This document shows, piece by piece, positions 9,232-19,263 of a stretch of 64,000 nt of DNA. A program made the position numbers and the translations under genes. How positions within the stretch are numbered: position 1 is the stretch's first letter; every line of letters starts with the position of its first letter. Origin of the DNA: Abditibacterium sp. (GTDB lineage Bacteria > Armatimonadota > Abditibacteriia > Abditibacteriales > Abditibacteriaceae); assembly GCA_965199495.1 (NCBI GenBank), contig CBDASK010000003.1:1312001-1376000 (forward strand), written 5' to 3'. The notes beneath the pieces are model-generated. The model did not search any database, had not been told where the DNA came from, and was given only the letters and a program-made list of their open reading frames with translations.

Positions 9232-10011
9232 GTGCCGTTTACCTTTTCCAAAGGCATCTCCGAAAAGGCGCGTGGCGCCGCCGCCGATCCGAATTCATTG
9301 CAAGCCTCGCCACTGAGCGCGGGGCCGCACGCGCCCGATCATCCGCCGCCCGCGCCTCAGACGCCGATGCAAAAACTTTCCGATGCCCTCGCGCTGTTTT
9401 TGTCGGCGGTGTTGTCGCCCTATATCGTGATTCCCGTGGGCACGCTTTACGTGGTGTGGGCGAGGTCGCGCACACACCCCGAACAGTTCTGGCCGTGGCT
9501 GGGCGTTTCGCTGTTGTTTTCGACGATTTTGCCGGTTCTCTTTATTTTGTTTGGCATCTGGCGCGGCACCATCACCGACATTCACGTCATGGAGCGCACG
9601 CAGCGCGGCGGGCCGTTTGTGGTGGCAATCGTCGGCAGTCTGGTCGCCGCCGCCGTTTTGCATTGGATGGGCGCGCCGCGCAGCGTGTGGGCTTTGAGCG
9701 CGGTATTGGCGGTCAACGGTCTGGCGATGCTATTCATCACCAACTACACCAAAATCTCGATTCACGTCGCGGTTTTGTCGGCGACGATTCTGGGCGCTTC
9801 GATGCTCGAACCCGAACTGCCCGCCAAAATTTTATTGATGCTCATTCCCGCCTTGATGTGGGGCCGCTGGCGCCGAGGCCGCCATACGTGGGCGCAGGGA
9901 ATTATGGGATGCGTCGTCGCGTGCGTGCTCACGGCGGGCACGGTCTATTCGATTGACGGTTTGGCGCAACGCGTCCCGCAATATATCGAACGCGTCAAAC
10001 GCATGCTGTAA
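9232..10011 (+). CDS. Integral membrane protein, PAP2-like
   Basis: Multiple hydrophobic helices; KISIH and R...RHT...Q motifs. Confidence 0.7.
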   Translation: MPFTFSKGISEKARGAAADPNSLQASPLSAGPHAPDHPPPAPQTPMQKLSDALALFLSAVLSPYIVIPVGTLYVVWARSRTHPEQFWPWLGVSLLFSTILPVLFILFGIWRGTITDIHVMERTQRGGPFVVAIVGSLVAAAVLHWMGAPRSVWALSAVLAVNGLAMLFITNYTKISIHVAVLSATILGASMLEPELPAKILLMLIPALMWGRWRRGRHTWAQGIMGCVVACVLTAGTVYSIDGLAQRVPQYIERVKRML

Positions 10012-10016
10012 ATTTG

Positions 10017-10203
10017 AATAGGAGTTACGCAGTTGGCTCCAATTTGTCATTTCGAGCTTGCCGAGAAATCTTACGGCCCCGCGCCAGCGGAAATGACACG
10101 TGAGTTGAACGTAAAAATGGCTTTTACTTGCGCTGCCGCGCGGGCGTAAGATTTCTCGGCAAGCTCGAAATGACAAACGCAGGCTAACTACGTAACTCCT
10201 ATT
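10017..10203. repeat. Palindromic element of the same family as the core of 356-650
   Basis: GGAGTTACGCAGTT...GTCATTTCGAGCTTGCCGAGAAATCTTAC / complement; the loop shares CCGCGCCAGCGG.AATGA and ACTTGCGCTGCCGCGCGGGCG with the first copy. Confidence 0.93.
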
Positions 10204-10212
10204 GAATTCCCA

Positions 10213-10788
10213 ATGAAATATCTGGCAATTGCCCTATTTTGCCTATTCGCAGTGGCCAAGGCAGCCACGGCGCAGGGAAACGCGACTTTTGGGGATCGGC
10301 AAACGACGACGATGACGTTGCAAAGCGCGCCCTTTTTCGCGATGGGCGGCGTGGGTTACGGTGGCCAACGCTCTTTTGGCGAACGGGCGTTGCGCGATTT
10401 AGCGCGCTTTGAAGACGCCGCCTTCGGCTTTGAAGCGGTATTGGATAACAGAAACGCTTCGCGCGCGGGACAACTTTACGCGTTGATCGGTTTGCGTTGG
10501 ACGAGCGAACGCGCTTTTCACGAGCGAATCGCGCCTTTTTTACTCGACAGAACTCCGCTTGAAGTTCGCGGTGGCTGTTTCGTTTTCAAAATGTCCGTCA
10601 GTTCTATCGCCCAAGAAATCGAGCGTGGCGCTTATAAACGTCCTCTGGTTCTCAATTACATTGCTCCCTCGATTGCAGCCGAGGCGCGCTGGCATCAGGC
10701 CAGATTATTCGCCCCTTTTTATATAAAAACCGGACTTCAAACAAAGAGCCGCTCAATCGCGCCGACGCAACGGCTCCAAAACCCATAA
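10213..10788 (+). CDS. Hypothetical exported protein
   Basis: N-terminal signal-peptide-like segment MKYLAIALFCLFAVAKA. Confidence 0.65.
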   Translation: MKYLAIALFCLFAVAKAATAQGNATFGDRQTTTMTLQSAPFFAMGGVGYGGQRSFGERALRDLARFEDAAFGFEAVLDNRNASRAGQLYALIGLRWTSERAFHERIAPFLLDRTPLEVRGGCFVFKMSVSSIAQEIERGAYKRPLVLNYIAPSIAAEARWHQARLFAPFYIKTGLQTKSRSIAPTQRLQNP

Positions 10789-11415
10789 TTGCGCTTGTCC
10801 CGGCAAATCATCGCGACTGATTTGACAACTCGCGCCGCTACGCACGATTTCGCCGGGCCATAATTTTTCCAATTCGCCAAGGGGCGCAAAGTTGCCGATG
10901 ACGCCCGGCAAACCGTAGTGCATCGGAATCACAATTTTGGCTTCGATGGCGCGCGCGAATTCGAGTAAATCGGGCAACGCAATCGTCGGCCCGGCGCCCG
11001 CTAAAGCCAGCAAGACGTCAATTTTGCCGCACGCTCGCGTTTGTTCTGGCGTCGGCAAATGTCCGCAATCGCCCATGTGCAACACGCGCAAATCGGCGGC
11101 TTCGATGAGCGTCATCGCATTGGGGCCGTCGTTGGGTAATTGCTCGAAAACTTCGAAGAAACGGATTTGGAACGGCCCGTTTTCGATGGTTTCGTTCAGA
11201 CATTCCAGCCCGCGAATCACGGTTTGGGCGCGCACATCGTCGAGGCACGAATGATATTTAAGGTTTTCGTGCGAAAGCGTGACGACATCCACGGTTTCAT
11301 CCACGGCGTCGTAGCCAATTTGCGGCGAATACGGATCGGTCAGCAGACGCATGCCATTGCATTCGAGCAATAAACAAGCGTGGCCGATGAAAGTGATTTC
11401 AAGCAGAGTGGGCAT
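10753..11415 (-). CDS. MBL-fold metallo-hydrolase
   Basis: ITFIGHACLL, LTDPY, LHMGD, IPMHY; the HxHxDH motif is degenerate (SHENLKYH). Confidence 0.85.
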   Translation of the reverse strand: MPTLLEITFIGHACLLLECNGMRLLTDPYSPQIGYDAVDETVDVVTLSHENLKYHSCLDDVRAQTVIRGLECLNETIENGPFQIRFFEVFEQLPNDGPNAMTLIEAADLRVLHMGDCGHLPTPEQTRACGKIDVLLALAGAGPTIALPDLLEFARAIEAKIVIPMHYGLPGVIGNFAPLGELEKLWPGEIVRSGASCQISRDDLPGQAQLWVLEPLRRRD

Positions 11416-11496
11416 CGCCAAAGTTTAAGCAGTTATCGCAGACCTACGCCGCGCGAAGCAACGAAGTTTTGGCGCAACCGTTTTAAACTTCATCTC

Positions 11497-12090
11497 ATGC
11501 GATTTATTGTGGCTTTGTCCGGCGCTTCGGGCGCGCTTTACGCGTTGCGTTTGCTCGACAAACTGACCGCGCAGGGCCACACCATTGACATCGTGGCCTC
11601 AGAACCAGCGTGCGTTTCTTTCGCCGCCGAAACCGATATTAAACTCAACGCGCACCATTTGGACGTGAGCAAATTGGTGCCAGTGGGCCGTGAACATTTG
11701 CTGACGGCGCACGGCCCGCGCGACATCGGCGCCTCGATTGCGTCGGGCAGCGTGCGGCATGACGGCATGATCGTGGTGCCCTGCTCGATGGGAAGTCTGG
11801 CGCGCATTGCCCACGGTTTTTCCGATGGTTTAGTCACGCGAGCCGCCGACGTTTGTCTGAAAGAGCGCCGCAAATTAGTTTTAGTCACGCGCGAAATGCC
11901 GCTTTCCCTCGTTCATCTGCGGAATATGGTCGCCGCCTCGGAAGCGGGCGCGTTGATTTGTCACGCGTCGCCGCACTTTTATCATCGCCCGCAAACTTTG
12001 GACGAAATCGCCGACACGGTTGTAGATCGGGTGTTGGATTATCTGGGCGTCAAAAGCGAGACGAAACGCTGGAAGGAAAGGAGCGAATAA
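11497..12090 (+). CDS. ubiX: Flavin prenyltransferase
   Basis: SGASG, IASGS, PCSMGSL, RAADVCLKERR, RE.P, FYHRP. Confidence 0.93.
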   Translation: MRFIVALSGASGALYALRLLDKLTAQGHTIDIVASEPACVSFAAETDIKLNAHHLDVSKLVPVGREHLLTAHGPRDIGASIASGSVRHDGMIVVPCSMGSLARIAHGFSDGLVTRAADVCLKERRKLVLVTREMPLSLVHLRNMVAASEAGALICHASPHFYHRPQTLDEIADTVVDRVLDYLGVKSETKRWKERSE

Positions 12091-12120
12091 CTTCGCAGCC
12101 ACACAACAAACCAACACCCA

Positions 12121-12993
12121 ATGACAGCCACGCCGCCACGCGCGCTTCAAGTCGCGCGCAATTATCTCGAACTCGTCAAATTTTCGCACACGATTTTCGC
12201 GTTGCCCTTCGCGCTCGCCGCGATGATTGTCGCCGCGCACGGTTGGCCCGAAGCGCGCATTTTCGTGTGGATCGTCGTCGCGATGGTCGGCGCGCGCACG
12301 GCGGCGATGGGCTTTAATCGCATCGTTGACCGCCAAATTGACGCGCGCAATCCGCGAACCGCCAACCGCGAATTACCGGCAGGCAAAGTCTCGCTCCAAG
12401 GCGCAATTGGTTTAGTTATCGTCGCTTCGATTACATTCTTCGTCGCCGCGTGGCAAATTAATCCGCTCGCGCTTTTGCTTTCGCCGCTCACGTTATTTGC
12501 GCTATTTTTCTATTCGTTTTGCAAGCGTTTCACCTCGCTCTCGCATTTCGTTCTGGGCTTGTGTCTGGGCATCGCGCCCGTCGGCGCGTGGGTCGCGGTG
12601 ACGGGGAAAATCGAAATTGCGCCGTGCGTTTTGTGCGCGGCGGTCATCGCGTGGGTCGCCGGTTTCGATATGATTTACGCGACGATGGATGTCGAGTTCG
12701 ACCGCCAAACCGGTTTAAACTCGATGGTCACCAAAATCGGAATTAGTCGCGCCTTGAATTTCGCGCGCTTTCTGCACGTCGCGTTCTTGGGATTACTCAT
12801 AGCGTTCGGCGCTTTAGCGGGTTTGGGCGCGCTCTATTACGGCGCCGTGGCTCTCATCGGCGGCTTCATCATTTACGAACACGCCTTGGTCAAACCAAAT
12901 GATTTGCGCCGCGTCAATGCCGCGTTTTTCACCATGAACGGCGCGATTAGCGTATTTTTTCTGGTCGCGATTGCGATTAGCGTTTTTTTATAG
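12121..12993 (+). CDS. UbiA-like polyprenyltransferase (MqnP/4-hydroxybenzoate type)
   Basis: KFSHTIFALPFA, NRIVDRQIDARNPRTANRELP, GFDMIYA..D.EFD; adjacent to ubiX. Confidence 0.9.
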   Translation: MTATPPRALQVARNYLELVKFSHTIFALPFALAAMIVAAHGWPEARIFVWIVVAMVGARTAAMGFNRIVDRQIDARNPRTANRELPAGKVSLQGAIGLVIVASITFFVAAWQINPLALLLSPLTLFALFFYSFCKRFTSLSHFVLGLCLGIAPVGAWVAVTGKIEIAPCVLCAAVIAWVAGFDMIYATMDVEFDRQTGLNSMVTKIGISRALNFARFLHVAFLGLLIAFGALAGLGALYYGAVALIGGFIIYEHALVKPNDLRRVNAAFFTMNGAISVFFLVAIAISVFL

Positions 12994-13080
12994 GCACAAA
13001 AAGAGCAAAAGGTTTGGATGCACTCGCGATTTTGCAATTGCATCCAAACCTTTTGCTCTTTTTGTGCCTTTTCGTGGCTA
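12992..13080. repeat. Palindrome between convergent ubiA-like and rnpB
   Basis: Perfect arms AGGCACAAAAAGAGCAAAAGGTTTGGATGCA and complement. Confidence 0.85.
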
Positions 13081-13088
13081 TAAAAATT

Positions 13089-13493
13089 GAAGTTCGCGCC
13101 TGTAAGCCGGATTTTGTAACGCCGTGGCTTACGCCAACAGCGCCGATGATCATTTCTCTGCCGCGACGATTGCTCGCCGCGTGATTTACGCCATTTCCAG
13201 CATAAATTGCGACCAACCCGAAGACTCGGCGGGCCGCGTCAACGTCTTCTGCTTGGTCTTGCACCGAACGAGGGTTGCCAGTCCGCGCCGTCGCCGACGC
13301 GCCGGTGCGCTCTTACTTTAAGCCGTTAGGCCGCACCTTTTCACCCTTACCGTTTGCACGGCGGTTTATTTTCTGTTGTCCTATCTCGTTCCAAACGTTC
13401 CCGTTTGAAAGGTCGCCGTTAGCGACCGTCCTGCCCTGCGGTGTCCGGACTTTCCTCACGATTAAAACCGCGCGATCATCCAGCGCAAACTTC
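13089..13493 (-). ncRNA. rnpB: RNase P RNA, bacterial class A
   Basis: Minus strand has GAGGAAAGTCCGG, ACAGAAA, GGGTGAAAAGGTGCGG, GTAAGAGCGCAC, AGAAATGAT and ACAAAATCCGGCTTA; ends GAAGTTTGCGC/GCGCGAACTTC pair as P1. Confidence 0.96.
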
Positions 13494-13502
13494 GGGGTGG
13501 AG

Positions 13503-13653
13503 TTTAGCCACAGAAGACACAGAGAACGCACAGAAAAACACAGAGCGCGCGAAGAATTTAAAACAGAAAAGGAAACCGCTTTCTTCTCGTTCAATAGCTT
13601 TCTTCGCGCGCTCTGTGTTTTTCTGTGCGTTCTCTGTGTCTTCTGTGGCTAAA
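13503..13653. repeat. GCCACAGA-type palindrome with perfect 54-bp arms
   Basis: TTTAGCCACAGAAGACACAGAGAACGCACAGAAAAACACAGAG... and exact complement; same family as the outer layer of 356-650. Confidence 0.93.
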
Positions 13654-14083
13654 CATTTTCCAATCGCGCTTTCGCCGCGCGATATTTCTCTAACCGTTGC
13701 AACTCATATTCGGTCGGGTTCGCCAATCGTTTCATATCCATATTATCCGCCAAATCGGCGAGTTTGACTTTTATCGCGATTGGATTGCGCATCACGCGTT
13801 CGATGGCTTTGTTGTAATCGGCCTTGCCTTCGTCGTCTTTGGTCAGATGTTCGACAGCGACGATGACGTTTTCGGGAAAGCCCTGCGTTTCCAACAGTTC
13901 GCGCGTGACGCCGCAATCTTCCATTGTGTCGTGCAGCAATGCGGCCATTTGATGTTCGAGCGGCACGTCCAAACCCAGATTATTCATCACGCGGAGCGGA
14001 TGCAAAATGTAAGGTCGCCCGGCTTTGTCGGTTTGGCCGCGATGCACGGCGGTCGCAAATAAAATCGTGTCTTCGAGAGTCAT
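13649..14083 (-). CDS. Stand-alone HD-domain protein (RelA/SpoT hydrolase-like)
   Basis: H.GQ.DKAG.PYILHP, ALLHDTMED, VKLADLADN. Confidence 0.88.
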   Translation of the reverse strand: MTLEDTILFATAVHRGQTDKAGRPYILHPLRVMNNLGLDVPLEHQMAALLHDTMEDCGVTRELLETQGFPENVIVAVEHLTKDDEGKADYNKAIERVMRNPIAIKVKLADLADNMDMKRLANPTEYELQRLEKYRAAKARLENV

Positions 14084-14088
14084 TGGAA

Positions 14089-15090
14089 TTAGTTTTCGTC
14101 GAGCGGGAATAGAAAATAGGCATCCACTTGATACACACAAATCGGTTGGCGCTCGCACACACCGATGCGCTCAATTTCCTCGACGGTAATGGGCGTTTGG
14201 TGATAGGCCGATTCAAATTCGAGCGCGAGTTTTTGGGCGCCATCGGCGTCAGCAGCCACGGCGAGCAATGGCGTGTAAAAACCTTTGATTTCGCCGTCGC
14301 TTTCGTCTTCGATTTCGCCGGACAGCATCACGCGAAACGTTTTATCGGCCAAAGGCAAATCCGGCGTGGCTTCGCGGCGCAAGAGCAACGCCTGTCCGTT
14401 GGTGCGATCAATTTCCAGGGCTGCATCGGCCCAATCTCGCGCGTTTTCGAGTTCATCGCAACCTTTGAGCGCCCAACCGATTTGCGAAAACGCGACCGAA
14501 ACTTGTGCGGCTTCGTCGGGTTCGAGTTCCAAATCTTCCTGCTGCGCGAACAACTGCGCGGCGCGCTGTTTCACTTCGTCGCAGCGCTTGAGCTGCGCCC
14601 ACAAATTCAATTGCAACGCGTCTCGTCTCCATTGCAAATCGAGCGCGGCATTGGCGAATTCGTGCGCTTCGATTTCGCGAAGCGCCGCTTTGGCGCGGCC
14701 TTCGCGCCACATCGCGGTCGCGCGATTGAGACACAATGCGCCTTGGTCGGCGTCCTCGATTTCTCCGGCGCGCTCGTAGGCTTCGAGCGCCGCCTCGAAC
14801 TGGCCACCGTCCGACAAAATGTTGCCCTTGAGTTGCCACAAACTCCACAAATCGGGCACCGCTTCGACGCCTTCATCCAAAACTTCGAGAGCGCGCGCGG
14901 GCTGATTTTGGTCGAGCGCCAACAGCGCCTCGATTTCAAAGCACGACGAATAGTGCATCACGCGCAGTTCGGCGCAAATTTCGGCGACGCGCGCGCCCTC
15001 GCCATTTTCGAGCGCGGCGTAGGCATCTTCGGTCAATTGTTGGGCGAGTTCCGCCGCTTCATCGTCGGTCATGGAATTGGAATCGGACAT
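14089..15090 (-). CDS. TPR-repeat protein
   Basis: TPR-like helices (LWQLKGNILSDGGQFEAALEAYERA); acidic composition. Confidence 0.75.
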   Translation of the reverse strand: MSDSNSMTDDEAAELAQQLTEDAYAALENGEGARVAEICAELRVMHYSSCFEIEALLALDQNQPARALEVLDEGVEAVPDLWSLWQLKGNILSDGGQFEAALEAYERAGEIEDADQGALCLNRATAMWREGRAKAALREIEAHEFANAALDLQWRRDALQLNLWAQLKRCDEVKQRAAQLFAQQEDLELEPDEAAQVSVAFSQIGWALKGCDELENARDWADAALEIDRTNGQALLLRREATPDLPLADKTFRVMLSGEIEDESDGEIKGFYTPLLAVAADADGAQKLALEFESAYHQTPITVEEIERIGVCERQPICVYQVDAYFLFPLDEN

Positions 15091-15118
15091 AATTTGGGGA
15101 TATAAAAGTTCATTTTAT

Positions 15119-15284
15119 GAGTTGTGCAATTGGGCTGTCATTTTGAGCGAAGTGAGGCACGAACGAAGTCGAAGAATCCATAACATTTCGATGAGGTGAC
15201 AGTGTAGTTAGAACGCGACCGATGGATTCTTCGACTTCGTTCGTGCCTCACTTCGCTCAGAATGACAGCCCAATTACGCAACTC
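15119..15284. repeat. Palindromic element (GTCATTYTGAGCG family)
   Basis: GTCATTTTGAGCGAAGTGAGGCACGAACGAAGTCGAAGAATCCAT / complement; the core recurs at about 48154-48250. Confidence 0.92.
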
Positions 15285-15311
15285 CCCTCTACTCTCAGAG
15301 AGAAGACCGCG

Positions 15312-15866
15312 TTATTCAAGGGCCAGTTTTTCCAGCGCGCGCCGAAACTCGTGATGTTCGGCGCCGCCAAACATCGCGAAAGTGACGCGATCTAACGAAG
15401 TTTCGGGATGATTCTTCAGGAAGTAAGCCGCCGTGGCAAGGGCGATGGGCGCGGCGCGTTCGAGCGGAAACCCGTAAACGCCCGTCGAAAGCGACGGAAG
15501 CGCCAGCGATTCCAAACCGCGCACATCGGCCTCGGCCAGACAGTTATAGTAAGCCGCCGCCAGTTCGTCTTCGCACGATTCGTGTGTTTCGGGCCGATTG
15601 GTTTTCCAAATCGGCCCGGCGACATGAAAGACGAACTTCTGCGGCAAATCGTAGGCGCGCGTCACCACGACTTCGGCGGTTTGCGCACCGTCGGGCGCAA
15701 CTTCGACGAGTTCGTCCAACATCTGCGGCCCCGCCGCGTTGTGAATCGCGCCATCAAGAGCACTGCCGCCGCGCATGCCTTTATTGGCGGCGTTCACGAT
15801 GGCATCGGCCTTACATTCCAGCACGCTACCGCGCACCACTTCAATTTGGGTTTGATTGATTTGCAT
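15312..15866 (-). CDS. Macro-domain protein (YmdB-like ADP-ribose hydrolase)
   Basis: DAIVNAAN, GGSALDGAIH.AAG, HVAGP, PSLSTGVYGFP. Confidence 0.92.
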   Translation of the reverse strand: MQINQTQIEVVRGSVLECKADAIVNAANKGMRGGSALDGAIHNAAGPQMLDELVEVAPDGAQTAEVVVTRAYDLPQKFVFHVAGPIWKTNRPETHESCEDELAAAYYNCLAEADVRGLESLALPSLSTGVYGFPLERAAPIALATAAYFLKNHPETSLDRVTFAMFGGAEHHEFRRALEKLALE

Positions 15867-15874
15867 ATTTCGAT

Positions 15875-17311
15875 TTAAACCGCGCTGCCCCACAGCGCGC
15901 CGTCGTCCCATTTTTCGACGTTAAATTCCAACAACTCACCAATTTCAACTTTGCGCGCGCCTAACTCGACGCGCGCTTTGACATACGATGGCGTTAAGCC
16001 CAACGCATAACCATCTTGGATTTGTTCAACCAAAATTTCGCCGCTTTGACCGACGAACTGCACCGCGAATTCGGCGCTCATTTGTGCGCCCAATTCGATG
16101 AGTTGCGCCACGCGACGCTTTTGCACATCGGGCGAAACCAAACCGCCCAACGCTTCCAAATGATCGGCGGCGAAAGTTTCGGGGCGCGGCGAATACGGGA
16201 AAACGTGAATGTCCGAAAAACGCGCCTGTCGGCAGGTTTCCAGCGTTTCGCGCCATTCGTCTTCGGTTTCGCCGGGAAATCCGACGATAACATCGGTCGT
16301 CAATCCGGCGTCGGGCCGGATTTCGCGCCATCTTTTGGCCCATTTCAAATACGTCTCTTTGGAATAGCGCCGCCGCATCCGGCGCAGTGTCGCGCTGCAA
16401 CCGCTTTGCAGCGCCAGATGAATATGCGGCATCACGCCGGGCGTAGCAGCCACGGCGCGCAGCCAGTTCTCGTCTACGTCCGCCGGATCGAGCGAACTGG
16501 TGCGCACGCGGCTCAAACCTTCGATTTGCGCGACAGTGCGCAACAGTTCGTTGAGCGGCGCGTTGCGATTGTCGCGCGGCGCGTCATTCATAATCGAAAA
16601 ATCGCCCATCGAAACGCCGGTCACGACTAATTCGCGCGCGCCCTCGGCGGCCATGATTTCGGCTTCGGCGAATAACTCTTTTTGGCTTTTTATCACTGAT
16701 TCGCCGCGCATTCGTGGAATGATACAATACGAACAGCGATGGTTGCAGCCGTCCTGAATTTTCAAAACCGCGCGTTCGCGCGTCGGGCTGGGAATCGGTT
16801 CGCTGCCGGTTTGCGCGCGCAAATCGGCGTAAGTCTGCGCCCAATTTTCGATGCTCTTCAATCGATCCAACGCGCGCGCTGGCAGTTCAAACTTCTGGGC
16901 GTTGTTCAAAACCAAGGCGCCGGGCGCGGCCCTTTCAAACTGCAACGCGTCTTTAGTCGCGGCGCAACCGGTCACAGCCACGACGGCGTCGGGGTTTTTG
17001 GCGTGGGCGCGCGAAGCCGCTTTGCGCGATTTCTTGTCGGCCTCGGCGGTCACGGTGCAAGTGTCAATCACATACAAATCGGCGACCTCGCGAAACGCGA
17101 CTTGCCGAAAACCCTGCGCCACCAACATGCGCGCGATCTGGTGCGAATCGTATTGATTGACCTTGCAACCCAACGTGTAAAGCGCGAAAGTCGGGCGCAC
17201 CAAAGTTTCGTCCGTGCGCGCGCGCGCCGCGACGTGCGAACGCGTGGCATCGCGCAGAGCGCTCTGCGCATCGGCGGACAAAGAGGGAAGCAGCGAGATC
17301 GTTTGCGACAT
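15875..17311 (-). CDS. mtaB: MtaB-like radical SAM tRNA methylthiotransferase
   Basis: TLGCKVNQYDS, DTCTVT, VTGC, KIQDGCNHRCSYCIIP, IVGFPGET, HVFPYSPRP. Confidence 0.88.
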   Translation of the reverse strand: MSQTISLLPSLSADAQSALRDATRSHVAARARTDETLVRPTFALYTLGCKVNQYDSHQIARMLVAQGFRQVAFREVADLYVIDTCTVTAEADKKSRKAASRAHAKNPDAVVAVTGCAATKDALQFERAAPGALVLNNAQKFELPARALDRLKSIENWAQTYADLRAQTGSEPIPSPTRERAVLKIQDGCNHRCSYCIIPRMRGESVIKSQKELFAEAEIMAAEGARELVVTGVSMGDFSIMNDAPRDNRNAPLNELLRTVAQIEGLSRVRTSSLDPADVDENWLRAVAATPGVMPHIHLALQSGCSATLRRMRRRYSKETYLKWAKRWREIRPDAGLTTDVIVGFPGETEDEWRETLETCRQARFSDIHVFPYSPRPETFAADHLEALGGLVSPDVQKRRVAQLIELGAQMSAEFAVQFVGQSGEILVEQIQDGYALGLTPSYVKARVELGARKVEIGELLEFNVEKWDDGALWGSAV

Positions 17312-17412
17312 GGGGAAACTGGATGAAACTGGGCGCGCGGGGTTTGGCAATTATTGTGAGCCGTAATAGTTTACTTTGTGCCCGAAAGGTGGGCGAAAGA
17401 GGAGAATTTTCG

Positions 17413-17712
17413 ATGCTAATTTTAGTCTTGATCGGGGCGATTCTGTTTTACGCAATCGTCTATATTTTGTGGGCGATGTCACATTCGCGGCTTAACTCGG
17501 TCGAGAGCTGGCTTCACATCGGCAACAACTTCGCGGTGATGCCGGATAATCTGGTGTTTCTTATTTTGCGCGGCCTGATTTTCGTGGCCGCGCTTTATGT
17601 CTTTGGAGATTGGCTAAAATCTTTCATCGAAAATAACAAGCGTAAACGGCGCGAGAGACTCGAAAAAGAGCAAGCTCCGCGTCTGGGGTATAAAAAACCG
17701 CCGACGGTTTGA
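17413..17712 (+). CDS. Small membrane protein
   Basis: GAGGAG RBS before ATG 17413; two hydrophobic segments and a basic tail. Confidence 0.7.
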   Translation: MLILVLIGAILFYAIVYILWAMSHSRLNSVESWLHIGNNFAVMPDNLVFLILRGLIFVAALYVFGDWLKSFIENNKRKRRERLEKEQAPRLGYKKPPTV

Positions 17713-17911
17713 AATGAGAACTACTATTATCCGAGTTATTTTTTCAAATATAAATATTTCGTAAAAAAATTGTCTTTTTCTCGCGATTTTTGTCTGGTCA
17801 AAGGTCTAATTCTTTGATAAGATTAAATAGAGTATTCACGCAATATTCGCCCATCGTTACGCCCCATTTGTCTGCCGTTTCGATTTAACTCTCCCCTGCT
17901 CGTTTCCTCCG

Positions 17912-19123
17912 ATGTTGCGCTCCTTTTCCTTTCGCCCATTTGTCTCGAAAACTTCATATTGCGTCAGTGGCTTAACCAAACAAAATTTGATGGCGGCGTT
18001 GCTTTTATCAACGCTTGGCATGGTAGCGACGGGCGCGCGCGCCGACGAGTTTTCGCCAGTTCCGATGGGCGATCCGATTTATCGCCAGTTGAGCGCGCTC
18101 GATTCGTCCGATCCGACCGTCGCCAAAGCGAGCGCCGGTTTGACGCGCTACGAAGCGGCGCTCCAAGTCGCGCGCATCATCACGCGCGTTTCCAACGATA
18201 GTTCGGCGCAACTTTCGCGCGTCGGCTGGCGCGCACTGCGCGATTTGAGCGGTTCGCTCAAAAGCGAGTTGAGCCAACTGGGCATTGACGTGGCGGCGGC
18301 GCAAAAGCTGGCCGATGACAAACTCAAAGCGCCCTCGACCAAAGCAGCCACGCCGAGTTCGGTGGATTTGAGCGCGACTAATGCTTCGGGCGGTGGGCGC
18401 GCTTTGCCGCCGAGCATCGTGCGCGGCGCGGCGGGCGAAACCTTGTTGGGCAGCGGCGCCATCGGCTCGCCATTTTCTCAATCAAGCGCGGCGTTTGCGC
18501 CCGGCGTGCAAAGCAGCCAGTTCAGCGCCTCCATCGTTCCGCGTTTGCGCGTGGGCGCGGCGCTGCAAGCGTTGCAGCGCGCCGAAGACGATCCGTTCAA
18601 AAGTTCGGGCGCCGGTCAGGCGTTGCTCAGCGCGGGCAACCATTCGCGCATTCTGGGCAGCGACACGTCTGTAGATTACGGCGTGACCTCGTGGCTGCAT
18701 GTGGGCGCTCAGTCGTCGCAGCGTTCGCTGGCCAATGTGCCCAATCTATCGCCGCTCTATCGCTCCGCGTTGTTCGATGGCGCGACGCAAGCGCGCAGCA
18801 CGGGCGGCGGTGTGGGCATTGATGTCGGCGATCTCTCGTTTTCGACCAAATTCGAGCGTCTCTCGACGGACACCGGTTCACGCGCCACCAGCATTGACGG
18901 CGGCGTTCGTCTATCGGCGTGGCAAAATCGCCTCTCGCTTTCGGCGCACATGGCGCGCCTCCAACCCGAAGATCGCGCCGTCGTGCCGATGACCAAAACC
19001 GAATTGGGCATTCAAGCCAACGTCTCGCAGCGCCTGAGTCTGAGCCTGTTTTATCAGGGCTTGTTCACCCAACAAAACAACGCGTCCGAACGCGTCGCGG
19101 GCGGCTTGAATTTGAGCTTTTAA
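17912..19123 (+). CDS. Exported protein with SLH-like N-terminus and C-terminal beta-barrel (OmpM/SlpA-like architecture)
   Basis: Signal peptide; FSPVP...IYRQL...LTRYEAA; LRDL...LKSELSQLG; alternating beta-strands ending GLNLSF. Start uncertain (17912 or a later ATG). Confidence 0.65.
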   Translation: MLRSFSFRPFVSKTSYCVSGLTKQNLMAALLLSTLGMVATGARADEFSPVPMGDPIYRQLSALDSSDPTVAKASAGLTRYEAALQVARIITRVSNDSSAQLSRVGWRALRDLSGSLKSELSQLGIDVAAAQKLADDKLKAPSTKAATPSSVDLSATNASGGGRALPPSIVRGAAGETLLGSGAIGSPFSQSSAAFAPGVQSSQFSASIVPRLRVGAALQALQRAEDDPFKSSGAGQALLSAGNHSRILGSDTSVDYGVTSWLHVGAQSSQRSLANVPNLSPLYRSALFDGATQARSTGGGVGIDVGDLSFSTKFERLSTDTGSRATSIDGGVRLSAWQNRLSLSAHMARLQPEDRAVVPMTKTELGIQANVSQRLSLSLFYQGLFTQQNNASERVAGGLNLSF

Positions 19124-19143
19124 GGTTTCAAATCGACAATATA

Positions 19144-19183
19144 AAAAATAGAGCCAGCGAATTCGTTCGCTGGCTCTATTTTT
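19144..19183. terminator. Intrinsic terminator
   Basis: AAAAATAGAGCCAGCGAA-TTCG-TTCGCTGGCTCTATTTTT; the core resembles the ends of the 27487-27615 palindrome. Confidence 0.85.
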
Positions 19184-19263
19184 GTGAAACCCGACGATTC
19201 ACATTTGCGCGCTTTTCTTGGCGCCGCGCTGTCCAATGAGAAAGTTAAACTGCGCCCGCGCTT

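Noticed and set aside
13124..13767. Short ORFs over 13.1-13.7 kb
   Set aside because: They overlap rnpB and the adjacent palindrome.
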